Origin: Syntrophomonadaceae bacterium
Lineage (GTDB): Bacteria > Bacillota > Dethiobacteria > DTU022
Assembly: GCA_003553305.1 (NCBI GenBank)
Contig: PWEB01000093.1
Span: 1-31,573, forward strand
Length of the DNA: 31,573 bases
Direction of reading: 5' to 3'
A program made the translations under genes and the position numbers. This document shows positions 7,382-17,197 of this stretch, piece after piece. The notes below the pieces were generated by a model. The model saw nothing but the letters and a program-made list of their open reading frames with translations, was not told the DNA's origin and searched no databases. How positions within the stretch are numbered: position 1 is the first letter of the stretch; the number at the start of each line of letters is the position of its first letter.

Positions 7382-7927
7382 TTAGTCAAGCTTGGTTTGA
7401 TTTCCCCACTCTTCAGTGAAAACGATCTCTCCTAATTCTTTGCGAGGCTTTTCAGATGGCTGCTTTTCGGGAAAGCCGAGCGGAGTCAGTGCAACTACCC
7501 GGTAATCAGGGGGCACAGCACAGGCTTCACGGGCTTTTGCTTCATCAAACCAGGCCACCCAGCAAGTGCCAAGTCCTTCAGCGTGGGCAGCCAGCATCAA
7601 CTGCTGCATAGCAAGCCCGGAGTCCAGCAAATAGTAATCTTTGTTATCCTGCTGTCCCGAAGCTTTCGGGTCAGCGCAGAGAACTATTACTACCGGGGCT
7701 GTTTGTCCGATAGCTTTAATTGCGGGATTTTTATCAGGCACGCTTTCTGCCAGCTGTTCTTTGCGTTTCGGATCACGAACCACAATGAATCTCCAGCATT
7801 GCATGTTGCTCCAGGAGGGTGCCAATTGGGCCGCTTCCAGGATGCGTTTTAACGTTTCATCAGGCACCGGATCCGACTTGTACTTTCTAACGCTTCTGCG
7901 TTCTTTTAATACTTTGTAAATATCCAT
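7382..7927 (-). CDS. Nitroreductase family flavoprotein
   Basis: RRSVRKYK, LEAAQLAPSWSNMQCWRF, QLMLAAHAEGLGTCWV, LGFP; strong SD AAGGAGGT. Confidence 0.92.
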   Translation of the reverse strand: MDIYKVLKERRSVRKYKSDPVPDETLKRILEAAQLAPSWSNMQCWRFIVVRDPKRKEQLAESVPDKNPAIKAIGQTAPVVIVLCADPKASGQQDNKDYYLLDSGLAMQQLMLAAHAEGLGTCWVAWFDEAKAREACAVPPDYRVVALTPLGFPEKQPSEKPRKELGEIVFTEEWGNQTKLD

Positions 7928-7985
7928 TAAAAATTACCTCCTTAAATAAATCATTGCTTAGTCATTAAGTTAAATATTAAAGCAT

Positions 7986-10139
7986 CTATTGATCACTATA
8001 AGGGGCAAAAGCAACTTTTCCTTCTTCACGACTGGCCCGAATTACCTGTACCTGGAGAGTATCGCCCAACCGGTAAGTTTTCCGGCTCCTCTCTCCTGTC
8101 AGCATAGCTGCCCTTTCGTCATATATATAATAGTCATCTGAGAGTTCGCTGACCGGAATCATCCCTTCTACGGTATTATCCAATTCAACAAAAACCCCAA
8201 AATTGGTCACCCCGTTAATGATCCCTGTATAAACTTCACCTACTTTTTGCTCCATGTACTGCGCTTTTTTAATTTCTATGCTGGCCCGTTCTGCTTCTAC
8301 TGCCGCCCGTTCTCTTTCTGATGATTGCTGGGCTATAGCAGGCAGCCTTGATTGCAGGCGTTTCATTTTTTCACCGGAATATCCGCTCGGTGAAAGATGT
8401 TTTTTTAATACTCGGTGGACAACAAGGTCCGGATAGCGCCTGATCGGCGAAGTAAAATGACAATAACAATTGGAGGCCAGGCCAAAATGACCATCATTGG
8501 AGGCGCTGTAACAAGCCTGGGGCAGGGAACGCAAGATCAGGTATCGGACCAACCTTTCTGTTTTTTCACCTTTGCTCTTCTCTAATAATGTTTTCAAATG
8601 CTTTGGCTTTAATTCCTTCATGTTAGCAACAGCCTGAACATTCATCAGGGTCAAAGTCTGCCGCAGCAAGGCCAGTTTTTCCTCTGTTGGAACAGCGTGA
8701 ATTCGATAAATACAGGGCAGTTCCTTTTCAGCCAGATGCTCAGCAACCGTTTCGTTACAGTAAATCATAAATTCTTCAATTAATGATTCGGATCGGCCCA
8801 TTTCACGCTTCTCTATAGAAAGCGGAACTCCTTCATCATCGATTTCAATGCGCGCTTCCGGCAGATCCAGATCAAGGGTTCCGCGCTCCATCCTCCGGCG
8901 GCGCAGTAGATCAGCAAGTTTGTCCATATGATCCAGGCTGTTAGTTAACGAACTATCTTTAAATGCTGATGCAGGCCCATCACCATTCAGATAACCTTCA
9001 ACCTGCTGATAAGTCAGGCGCTCGTTAACCCGGATTACACTGGCATGAAACCTGGCATCCTTTAATTGACCCTCCGGGCCGATATCCATAAGCACACTGA
9101 CCGCTAAACGATCCTTTTCAGCCTGTAGGCTGCAAATGTTTTCTGAAAGCAAGGACGGCAGCATATGAATAGCCCGACCGACCAGATAAATGCTAGTTCC
9201 TCTTTTTAAAGCTTCCCGATCAAGTGGTTTTCCTTCACGAACATATTGAGAAACATCAGCGATGTGAACACCCAGACGATAGCTGCCACCGGGCAGAACC
9301 TCTACTGATACAGCATCATCAAAATCCTTGGCCTGCTCGTCATCAATAGTTACCATCTTTATGTCACGCAGGTCGGTGCGTTTCTGGTCTTCAGCCAGCC
9401 GTGAAATGTCCTCTTCACCGGGTAAAGTTTCGAGTTCTTTAAATACCTGCTCCGGATGTTCGCCGGGCAGATCATATTTATGCTTAAAGGTCAACTGCTC
9501 GGTGCGAAAGCTCCCAGGTGGACCGATATGTTCAACAATTTTTCCGCGCGAAGGCTGGCTGCCCTGCGCCCATTTCTTGATTTCAGCAACCACCATGTCA
9601 CCGGCCTGCGCCTGGGGCATATCTTTCCGGGAAACCTGAATTATACCAGGAAAGCGCTGATCATCAGGAATAACGTAGTACCTTTTCCCTTCACGATGGA
9701 GGGCCCCAACCAATCGGCGCTGACCGCGCTTAAGGATTCCCATCACGGTTCCTTCTCTGCGCCGCCTACTTCTTTTTTGGCTCAGGCGCACAATAACCCT
9801 GTCTCCGTGAGCGGCTTCGTTTAAATTCCCGGGACTGATATAAACATCTTCACGTTCTTGCTCAGGACGCAGGAAAGCGAATCCTTTCCGGTTACCTTCC
9901 AGCACCCCGGTCAGGTAGTCAAGGCGTTCGGGTATACCAAAACGCCCGCTGTCAGTTCTGATCAACTCTCCTTCGTTGACCATTTTTTTTATCTCATCTC
10001 TGAGTATACTTTTATCCCGCTGCTCCATCTTAAGGCCGGACAGAATTTGTTTTAGATTCAGAGATTTTTGGTGGTGGCCTTTAAGCAGCTTCCTGATCTT
10101 TTCACGCAGGATCATTGCTGCATTCTTTTGTTTAGTCAA
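7986..10139 (-). CDS. rnr: Ribonuclease R
   Basis: N-terminal HTH and cold-shock domains (GFAFL, AAHGDRV), RNB catalytic TIDDEQAKDFDDAVS, HFTSPIRRYPDL, C-terminal S1 domain; secG-rnr-smpB context. TTG start. Confidence 0.96.
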   Translation of the reverse strand: MTKQKNAAMILREKIRKLLKGHHQKSLNLKQILSGLKMEQRDKSILRDEIKKMVNEGELIRTDSGRFGIPERLDYLTGVLEGNRKGFAFLRPEQEREDVYISPGNLNEAAHGDRVIVRLSQKRSRRRREGTVMGILKRGQRRLVGALHREGKRYYVIPDDQRFPGIIQVSRKDMPQAQAGDMVVAEIKKWAQGSQPSRGKIVEHIGPPGSFRTEQLTFKHKYDLPGEHPEQVFKELETLPGEEDISRLAEDQKRTDLRDIKMVTIDDEQAKDFDDAVSVEVLPGGSYRLGVHIADVSQYVREGKPLDREALKRGTSIYLVGRAIHMLPSLLSENICSLQAEKDRLAVSVLMDIGPEGQLKDARFHASVIRVNERLTYQQVEGYLNGDGPASAFKDSSLTNSLDHMDKLADLLRRRRMERGTLDLDLPEARIEIDDEGVPLSIEKREMGRSESLIEEFMIYCNETVAEHLAEKELPCIYRIHAVPTEEKLALLRQTLTLMNVQAVANMKELKPKHLKTLLEKSKGEKTERLVRYLILRSLPQACYSASNDGHFGLASNCYCHFTSPIRRYPDLVVHRVLKKHLSPSGYSGEKMKRLQSRLPAIAQQSSERERAAVEAERASIEIKKAQYMEQKVGEVYTGIINGVTNFGVFVELDNTVEGMIPVSELSDDYYIYDERAAMLTGERSRKTYRLGDTLQVQVIRASREEGKVAFAPYSDQ

Positions 10140-10194
10140 AACTTAAAATCCATCTCCTTCAACCTTCTTGTATATTATTATAAAACTTTTCCTC

Positions 10195-10234
10195 AAAAAC
10201 TTAAAGGCAGGGGATAGAGCCAGGCTCCCCTGCC
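10195..10234 (-). terminator. Probable terminator after secG
   Basis: GGCAGGGGA...TCCCCTGCC perfect 9-bp stem followed by TTTAAGTTTTT. Confidence 0.6.
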
Positions 10235-10264
10235 GGTAGAATATTTCTATCAAATCCCGGGTTT

Positions 10265-10489
10265 TTAGTTTACTAGAACCAGGATAATCGTAAAAAGCAT
10301 AAACCCTACGGCCAGGTAAGTAGTTACCTTACCCAGCATTTCATCCAGGCCTTTCTTTTTGCCAATCAGGGATTGAGCTCCCCCGGCAATTGCCCCTAGA
10401 CCGGCACTTCGACCCGACTGTAAAAGAACAGTAGCAATTAGTCCAACACATAAAACCAGGTAAATAATATTAACAACAAGCCCGATCAT
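10265..10489 (-). CDS. secG: Preprotein translocase subunit SecG
   Basis: Two hydrophobic helices, VLLQSGRSAGLGAIAGGA, KKKGLDEML; located between eno and rnr. Confidence 0.95.
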   Translation of the reverse strand: MIGLVVNIIYLVLCVGLIATVLLQSGRSAGLGAIAGGAQSLIGKKKGLDEMLGKVTTYLAVGFMLFTIILVLVN

Positions 10490-10542
10490 TTTTCAGTACC
10501 TCCATTAATCTTAAGAAAATCCTATACCTCTTACCGCATGAT

Positions 10543-10571
10543 ATTCTAACACATCCCCGCCGCTTTGACAA
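10543..10571 (-). promoter_or_regulatory. SigA-type promoter of secG
   Basis: TTGTCA-17 nt-TAGAAT with extended -10 TG. Confidence 0.75.
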
Positions 10572-10665
10572 ATACAAATAAGTTTCCTGTTTAGGATCCG
10601 GTGTTGATGCGGGACAAACTGGAAAATTTTTCGGTCAGCTAGTTGATTGCGGCAGTTTATTACTA

Positions 10666-11943
10666 TTACTTTATACTTTCACCGGCAAAGCAGGCGGCCT
10701 GCCCCAGTTGTTCTTCAATTCGTAAGAGCTGGTTATACTTCTCCACACGATCAATCCTGGAAGGCGCTCCGGTTTTTATCAATCCGGAATTGGTACCCAC
10801 AGCTAAATCGGCAATAAAACTGTCTGCAGTTTCGCCGGAACGATGGGAAATCATACGGTTGTAACCGGCACGGCGCGCCATACTCATCGTTTCCAGGGTT
10901 TCGCTGAGGGTGCCAATCTGGTTCAACTTAACAAGGATCGCGTTGCCTATAGCAGAATCTATCCCCCTGCCCAGGCGTTCAGGGCTGGTTACAAAAAGAT
11001 CATCGCCAACAATCATAATATCTGTACCCATCTCAGCAGTCATAGACTGCCAACCTGCCCAGTCATCCTCATCAAGACCGTCTTCAATTGATATCAGGGG
11101 GAAACGACCGGCCAGATCCTGATAATAGTCGATCAGTTCAACGGCTGAATAAACTCCACCTTCCAAATGATATAAACCATCTTGGCAAAACTCACTTGCC
11201 GCTGCATCTATAGCCAGGCTAATATCGCTTCCCGGCTGATAACCAGCTGCAGAAATGGCTTCAACAATAATTTTAAGCGCGGCTTCACTGGATTCAAGAT
11301 TGGGTGCAAAGCCACCCTCATCACCGACATTAGTATTAAGGCCGCGGGTTTTTAATATTTTCTTAAGGTGATGAAAAATTTCCGTTCCCATTCTCAGAGC
11401 CTGTGAAAAGGTATTCGCTCCCAGGGGGACAATCATGAATTCCTGAATATCCATATTATTATCGGCATGTTCTCCGCCGTTTAGTATATTCATAAAGGGC
11501 ACCGGCAGCATACAGGCATCCAGCCCGCCGATATAGCGATAGAGGGGCAAATCAAGCATTGCTGCAGCCGCTCTTGACGCTGCCAACGAAACACCAAGAA
11601 TCGCGTTAGCCCCGAGTTGTGATTTATTGGTTGTGCCATCGAGTTCAATCATCAGTAGATCTAAATCTTTTTGGTTAAGGACGCTCAGACCGCAAAGTTC
11701 AGGAGCCAATACCTCATTAACATGACGCCTGACAGCCAGGACGCCTTTCCCCTGATAACGTTTCTCGTCCCCGTCACGCAGCTCAATTGCTTCGAATGCA
11801 CCGGTAGATGCTCCGGAAGGCACTGACGCCCGGCCAGTCCAACCGCCCTCCAACAGAACGTCAACTTCGATGGTCGGATTGCCCCGGGAATCAAGAATCT
11901 CCCGGGCTTGAATTGTTTTAATCCGTTCTTCCACATTTATCAC
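10666..11943 (-). CDS. eno: Enolase
   Basis: [66 protein letters not shown] start. Confidence 0.98.
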   Translation of the reverse strand: MINVEERIKTIQAREILDSRGNPTIEVDVLLEGGWTGRASVPSGASTGAFEAIELRDGDEKRYQGKGVLAVRRHVNEVLAPELCGLSVLNQKDLDLLMIELDGTTNKSQLGANAILGVSLAASRAAAAMLDLPLYRYIGGLDACMLPVPFMNILNGGEHADNNMDIQEFMIVPLGANTFSQALRMGTEIFHHLKKILKTRGLNTNVGDEGGFAPNLESSEAALKIIVEAISAAGYQPGSDISLAIDAAASEFCQDGLYHLEGGVYSAVELIDYYQDLAGRFPLISIEDGLDEDDWAGWQSMTAEMGTDIMIVGDDLFVTSPERLGRGIDSAIGNAILVKLNQIGTLSETLETMSMARRAGYNRMISHRSGETADSFIADLAVGTNSGLIKTGAPSRIDRVEKYNQLLRIEEQLGQAACFAGESIK

Positions 11944-12023
11944 TCCCCTATCCCATATTCAGACTGACCAGGTGTTCTCAACCTTCTGCACGCTTGTAAC
12001 ATCGGGTTAACATAGGACCGATG

Positions 12024-13574
12024 TCACTTAACTTTTGTTTGTTTTTGGCCGTCGAGCATACTCTTCCCGGTCATCTCCTCCGGTAGAGCCAAGCCAGCAA
12101 TATCTAAAATAGTCGGAGCCACATCAGCAAGAATCCCCTTGCTGCGCAGGGTCGGCCTTTCAGCGTTGAGCACCATAAAAGGCACAGGATTAGAACTGTG
12201 CGCGGTAAGGGTACCATCTTCTGCGCTTTTCATCTCCTCTACATTGCCATGATCTCCAACCACCAGAACATGCCACATGCGGGGCAGGGCCTCAGCAGCT
12301 ATTGACCCCAGTCCGCTGTCTACTGCTTCCACTGATTTTATTGCTGCCTGAAAATTACCGGAATGCCCGACCATGTCCATGTTAGCAAAATTTATTACAA
12401 TCAGATGATGGCGATCTTTCTTAACAGTTTCAATAACCCGTTCAGTGACTGCCGGAGCGCTCATCTCCGGCTGCAAATCATAGGTAGCCACTCTGGGAGA
12501 AGGAACCATGATCCGCTCCTCACCGGGGAAAGGTTTTTCCCGGCCCCCGTTAAAGAAGAAGGTAACATGGGCATACTTTTCAGTTTCAGCAATTCTCATC
12601 TGGCATATATCATACCAGCTGTAAACCTCACCGAGAGTAGCCTTTAAATCATCGAGCGTGAAGGCTACCGGTATCGGCATTTCCCGATCGTACTCGGTCA
12701 TGCTCACCAGGAATGGTTGCGGAGGTTTAGGTCCTCGATCAAATTGAGAGAAATTCCGGTCAATAAGTGCGCTTGTTATCTGACGAGTCCGGTCAGGCCT
12801 GAAGTTAAAGAAAATCATACTGTCTTGATCATTAACCAGCGTAAGGGGCTCATCCTGTTCATCAACAATGACAGTCGGTTGAACAAATTCATCTGCTTCC
12901 CCGCGCTTATATGCCTGTTCCAAAGCTTCGATGGGACCCTTTGCTTTTAATCCTTCACCGGCGGTATAAGCCCGGAAAGCTCTTTCGGTTCGGTCCCAGC
13001 GCCGATCTCGATCCATGGCGTAATAGCGTCCGCAGATCGTCGCCAGCTGACCGGTTTGATTCTCCTTGGCCAGCTGTTTTAGTCTTTCCAAAAATGGTTT
13101 GGCTCCATAAGGAATGGTATCCCTTCCATCCAAAATAGCATGGATGAATACGTTTTTTATATTCTGCCGTCTGGCCATCTCGAGAAGAGCCAGGAGATGA
13201 TCAAAATGACTATGGACTCCACCGTCTGAAACCAGGCCCACCAAATGAAGGGCGCTATCATTTTGGCGTACTTTGTCCATAGCATCCAAGAAAACAGGAT
13301 TTTGGAAGAATTCACCTGTTTTTATACACTGCCCAATTCTGGTTAGCTCCTGATAAACAATCCTTCCGGAACCAAGGTTGAGGTGCCCAACTTCTGAATT
13401 GCCCATTTGCCCGGAAGGAAGGCCTACCGCTTCACCGGCAGCGTCAAGTAGAGACCAGGCATAATTCTCGTAGAAGTAGTCCAGGTTCGGGGTATCTGCA
13501 TGATAAAACGCATTGCCTTCAATTTCTTCGCTATAACCCCAACCATCAAGAATAACCAAAAGGACTTTGTTCAA
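12024..13574 (-). CDS. gpmI: 2,3-bisphosphoglycerate-independent phosphoglycerate mutase
   Basis: ILDGWG, GQMGNSEVGH, SDGGVHSH, GRYYAMDRD, ETEKYAHVTFFFNGG, DMVGHSG, DHGN. Confidence 0.98.
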   Translation of the reverse strand: MNKVLLVILDGWGYSEEIEGNAFYHADTPNLDYFYENYAWSLLDAAGEAVGLPSGQMGNSEVGHLNLGSGRIVYQELTRIGQCIKTGEFFQNPVFLDAMDKVRQNDSALHLVGLVSDGGVHSHFDHLLALLEMARRQNIKNVFIHAILDGRDTIPYGAKPFLERLKQLAKENQTGQLATICGRYYAMDRDRRWDRTERAFRAYTAGEGLKAKGPIEALEQAYKRGEADEFVQPTVIVDEQDEPLTLVNDQDSMIFFNFRPDRTRQITSALIDRNFSQFDRGPKPPQPFLVSMTEYDREMPIPVAFTLDDLKATLGEVYSWYDICQMRIAETEKYAHVTFFFNGGREKPFPGEERIMVPSPRVATYDLQPEMSAPAVTERVIETVKKDRHHLIVINFANMDMVGHSGNFQAAIKSVEAVDSGLGSIAAEALPRMWHVLVVGDHGNVEEMKSAEDGTLTAHSSNPVPFMVLNAERPTLRSKGILADVAPTILDIAGLALPEEMTGKSMLDGQKQTKVK

Positions 13575-14338
13575 CTTTCAACCGCCTTCCGGGCTGCCTG
13601 GATTAAGGCACTGAACGTATCGGCTTTAAGGCTGGCACCACCAACCAAAACTCCCTGAACTGAAGGAAGAACAGCAAATAATCCAATATTATCTTCATTA
13701 ACGCTTCCCCCATATTGAATAAACAGACTATCTGCTGTATCCTTGCCAAAAATATCTTCAACAATGGTCCTGATATAAGCGGAAGCATTTTCAGCATCTC
13801 CTGGAGATGCTGCCTTGCCGGTTCCAATAGCCCAAACCGGTTCATAAGCTACCACCAGGGATTTCACTGTTTCAGCCTGCAGATCTTTGAGAGCCGAGGA
13901 AAGCTGTCTTTTAAGGACTTCTTCGGTGATACCCTGCTCCCGTTCGGCTTCTGTTTCCCCAACACATAATATTGGCTTTAACCCGCTTGCCAGTGCTGCT
14001 TTCATTTTTTGCTTCACCCAAATATCACTTTCACCAAGCAAATGACGCCGCTCAGAATGACCAATAATTAAGTATTCAACACCAAGATCGAGCAGCATCG
14101 CAGAAGATACCTCACCGGTAAAAGCCCCTTTTTGCTCCCAGTGCATATTTTGGGCACCCAGCTTAATTGGACTGTCCTTAAGGATTTGCGCTGCAGCATG
14201 AAGTGCGGTAAAGGGGGGACAAACAAGCAATTCCAGTCCCTTAAAAAGCTCTTCATCCTTTCGAATCGCTTGACAATACTCAATAGTTTCCGCTGCGGTT
14301 TTATGCATTTTCCAGTTTGCTGCAATAATTAAATCCAT
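13571..14338 (-). CDS. tpiA: Triosephosphate isomerase
   Basis: NWKM, GHSERR, AYEPVWAIGTG, YGGSV, LVGGASL; overlaps the gpmI start by 4 nt. Confidence 0.98.
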   Translation of the reverse strand: MDLIIAANWKMHKTAAETIEYCQAIRKDEELFKGLELLVCPPFTALHAAAQILKDSPIKLGAQNMHWEQKGAFTGEVSSAMLLDLGVEYLIIGHSERRHLLGESDIWVKQKMKAALASGLKPILCVGETEAEREQGITEEVLKRQLSSALKDLQAETVKSLVVAYEPVWAIGTGKAASPGDAENASAYIRTIVEDIFGKDTADSLFIQYGGSVNEDNIGLFAVLPSVQGVLVGGASLKADTFSALIQAARKAVES

Positions 14339-14363
14339 ATTTAAATAATCATCCTCCTCACCG

Positions 14364-14385
14364 GACAGGGAGACAGTCTCCTGTC
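14364..14385 (+). repeat. REP-like palindrome in the pgk-tpiA spacer
   Basis: GACAG-GGAGA-CAGT-CTC-CTGTC hairpin; same architecture as the copies at 22090 and 25027. Confidence 0.55.
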
Positions 14386-14453
14386 TATTTTCTTAATGAA
14401 ACAACATTCTATCCGGTTAATTGCCATGTTTATCAAGCTGATCACCTGATAAT

Positions 14454-15665
14454 CTAGCCCCGGGCAGAGGAATCATCCTCCTGTCCCGAATCCTGCAAAA
14501 CACTTATACCAGGGAGCTCTTTACCTTCCCAGAATTCAAGGGTAGCTCCCCCACCGGTGGATATAAAGCTAATCTCACCGGTAAGATCCAACGCTTCCAA
14601 TGCAGCGACAAGATCTCCACCACCTACCACAGAATAAGCACTGCTTTTTGCAACTTCCCTGGCGACTTGCCCGGTCCCCTGATCAAAAGGTGATGTTTCA
14701 AAAATCCCGAGGGGACCATTCCAAACTATCATTGCAGATTCAGCAATATAACTACTAAAAAGCTTTGCCGTATCGGGACCGATATCAACTGCTTTCCAAT
14801 CATCGTTAACCTTATCCGGTTTGACAACCTTGGAATCACTGCCTGGTTTGATCTCCCTGGTTACAACTAGATCAACCGGTAAAACTAAACGACATCCGCT
14901 TTTTTCACTTTCGATTATGATCGAAGCTGCCTCGTCCACCAGCTCTTTTTCATAAAATGAAGCTCCCAAAGCATAACCCTTAGCAGCAAAGAATGTGTTG
15001 GCCATTCCACCTCCAACCATTAAATAATCCGCCAGTTGTAGAAAACGCCTCATTACGTTAATTTTATCAGAAACTTTCGCTCCGCCGAGGATTGCAGACA
15101 TCGGGCGAACCGGATTATCTAAGCAGCGGGTCAGCTCTTCAATCTCTTTTTTCATCAACAATCCGGCCACTGCAGGAATATAAGCGCTTATTCCTGTCGT
15201 GGAAGCATGAGCCCGGTGGGCAGTGCCAAAAGCATCATTAACAAAGATATCTACTGGTTCAGCAAGCTGTTTAGCAAACCCAGGGTCATTTTTCTCTTCC
15301 CCTTCTTCAAAGCGCAAATTTTCCAACAACAAAACCTCTCCATTATTCATACCTTGAATGGCTTCATTGACGGGCGCTCCAACAACCTGATCAAGTTTTT
15401 TAACCGGTTTACCCAGAATTTCTGACAGCTTTGAGGCCACTGGATTCATTTTTAGCTCTTCTTTGAGCTCTCCTTTAGGTCGGCCCAAATGAGAAGCAAG
15501 CACCAGACGGGCATCCCTTGAGAGCAGCGACTGGATGGTAGGCAAAACCGCCCGGATCCGGGCATCATCTCGCACCAGGCCTTTATCAAGAGGGACGTTG
15601 AAATCTACCCGCATCAAGATTGTTTTACCGCTTACATCAATATCTTCTATACTTATTTTGGACAA
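14454..15665 (-). CDS. pgk: Phosphoglycerate kinase
   Basis: RVDFNVP, SHLGRP, LLENLRF, NDAFGTAHRAHAS, GGAKVSDK, WNGPLG, STGGGA. TTG start. Confidence 0.98.
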   Translation of the reverse strand: MSKISIEDIDVSGKTILMRVDFNVPLDKGLVRDDARIRAVLPTIQSLLSRDARLVLASHLGRPKGELKEELKMNPVASKLSEILGKPVKKLDQVVGAPVNEAIQGMNNGEVLLLENLRFEEGEEKNDPGFAKQLAEPVDIFVNDAFGTAHRAHASTTGISAYIPAVAGLLMKKEIEELTRCLDNPVRPMSAILGGAKVSDKINVMRRFLQLADYLMVGGGMANTFFAAKGYALGASFYEKELVDEAASIIIESEKSGCRLVLPVDLVVTREIKPGSDSKVVKPDKVNDDWKAVDIGPDTAKLFSSYIAESAMIVWNGPLGIFETSPFDQGTGQVAREVAKSSAYSVVGGGDLVAALEALDLTGEISFISTGGGATLEFWEGKELPGISVLQDSGQEDDSSARG

Positions 15666-15697
15666 TGCTTCACTTCACCACCCGGTAACATGATTGA

Positions 15698-17113
15698 TTA
15701 ACGACGCCGTTTATATGATGGGGGAATGGAAATTTCTTCTCTGTATTTGGCTACGGTCCGTCTTGAAATTTTTATTCCACGCTCTTTAAGAAGCTCGGCC
15801 AGGTGCTGATCACTGAGTGGTTTGTTTTGATTTTCAGCACCGACTAACTCTTGTATATGGCTCTTAATACTCGGAGCTGAATAATCATTACCACCTGCAC
15901 CGCTCAAACCGCTTGAAAAAAAGAATTTTAAGGGAAACATTCCCCGGGGGGTTTGAATGTACTTTTTGGCAGCCGCTCTGCTGACAGTTGACTCGTGAAC
16001 ACCGACATTGGCCGCTACCTCCTTAAGGGTCAGAGGCTTGAGTTTTTTTATACCTTGATCCAAAAAAGGCTTCTGGATGTCAACAATTTGTTGAGAGACC
16101 TTGAAAATGGTAAGCCGCCTTTGTTCAATACTACGAATTAGCCAGTAAGCTTTCTCAATTTTATTCTTTATAAATGAAGAGAGCTGCTCATCATTTTTTT
16201 CACCTTTAAGCATTTTTTGATAAAACGGACTGATTGTCAAATAGGGGGCACTGCCCTCATTACCCATAACCACGTATTCTTTATCAACTTTTTCAACAAT
16301 TACATCGGGAATAATATAGCGGGTTTCTTCCCCTTCCCCAAAAACACTGCCCGGCTTGGGATTGAAGGTGCGAATAAATTCCACCGCTTCCTTAACCGAC
16401 TGTTCATCGCATCCGAGACGTGAAGCTATATAGCGGTATCTCTCATCAGCTGCTGCAGGAAGATAATTATTTACTATTTTTTCGGCTATCTCTGGGGGAT
16501 CCTCCAGCTTTGCCAACTGCAGGGCAAGGCATTCCTGCAAGTTACGGCAACCTATACCGGTCGGCTCGAGCTTCTGAACTATTCGTAACGCCTTTTCCAG
16601 CTCCCTGACATTAGTGCCCAGGGCAGGCGCCCGTTCTTCAATTTCCCCCTGCAGGTAACCATTGCTATCAAGGTTACCGGCCAGGTAAGCTGCCATACTA
16701 TACTCACGAGCAGTAAGCGGAAGCAAGCGCAGTTGGCTCAATAAGTCTTCGAGCATTGTTCCGGTCACACCGGAATAATTTTCTACAGTAGGTAATGGAT
16801 CCGAAGTTTGCTTTATGCTGCCTGGAGCATCAGGAGCAGAGTCGAGGCCCATATCCCGGAAGTATTCCTCCCAGGGAAAATCATCACCGGAGATCTGCTC
16901 ATCAGGAACTTCCAGCTCAGCTTCCTCACTCTCGGGCTTTTCTTCTTCTTTGTTTTCAATAACTTCCAAGACCGGATTATTGACCAGTTCTTCCTGGATA
17001 TGTTCCTGCATTTCCAGAGCTGAATACTGTAAAAGGGTTATAGCCAGTTTCAGTTCAGGTGTTATGATCAGTTTTTGGGTTTGCTCTAAATTCAAGTTAT
17101 AATCCAGTTTCAC
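15698..17113 (-). CDS. rpoN: RNA polymerase sigma-54 factor
   Basis: Region I QKLIITPELK...LLQ, EPTGIGCRNLQECL, HTH VHESTVSRA, RpoN box SRRTVAKYR. GTG start. Confidence 0.97.
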   Translation of the reverse strand: MKLDYNLNLEQTQKLIITPELKLAITLLQYSALEMQEHIQEELVNNPVLEVIENKEEEKPESEEAELEVPDEQISGDDFPWEEYFRDMGLDSAPDAPGSIKQTSDPLPTVENYSGVTGTMLEDLLSQLRLLPLTAREYSMAAYLAGNLDSNGYLQGEIEERAPALGTNVRELEKALRIVQKLEPTGIGCRNLQECLALQLAKLEDPPEIAEKIVNNYLPAAADERYRYIASRLGCDEQSVKEAVEFIRTFNPKPGSVFGEGEETRYIIPDVIVEKVDKEYVVMGNEGSAPYLTISPFYQKMLKGEKNDEQLSSFIKNKIEKAYWLIRSIEQRRLTIFKVSQQIVDIQKPFLDQGIKKLKPLTLKEVAANVGVHESTVSRAAAKKYIQTPRGMFPLKFFFSSGLSGAGGNDYSAPSIKSHIQELVGAENQNKPLSDQHLAELLKERGIKISRRTVAKYREEISIPPSYKRRR

Positions 17114-17167
17114 AGTAAACTCTCCTGTCCTACAAGCAGGTTAATTCTTTTGACTCGTACCAACTAG

Positions 17168-17194
17168 GTTCGACATCTTAAAACCAAATCCTGC
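17168..17194 (-). promoter_or_regulatory. SigH-like promoter upstream of rpoN
   Basis: GCAGGATTT-11 nt-GTCGAAC, matching Bacillus SigH RNAGGAWWW-N11/12-RNNGAAT with one mismatch. Confidence 0.5.
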
Positions 17195-17197
17195 CCT

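Noticed and set aside
10603-10652. Near-direct repeat GTTGAT(T)GCGG between eno and secG
   Set aside because: Only two short copies with an indel; not distinguishable from chance.
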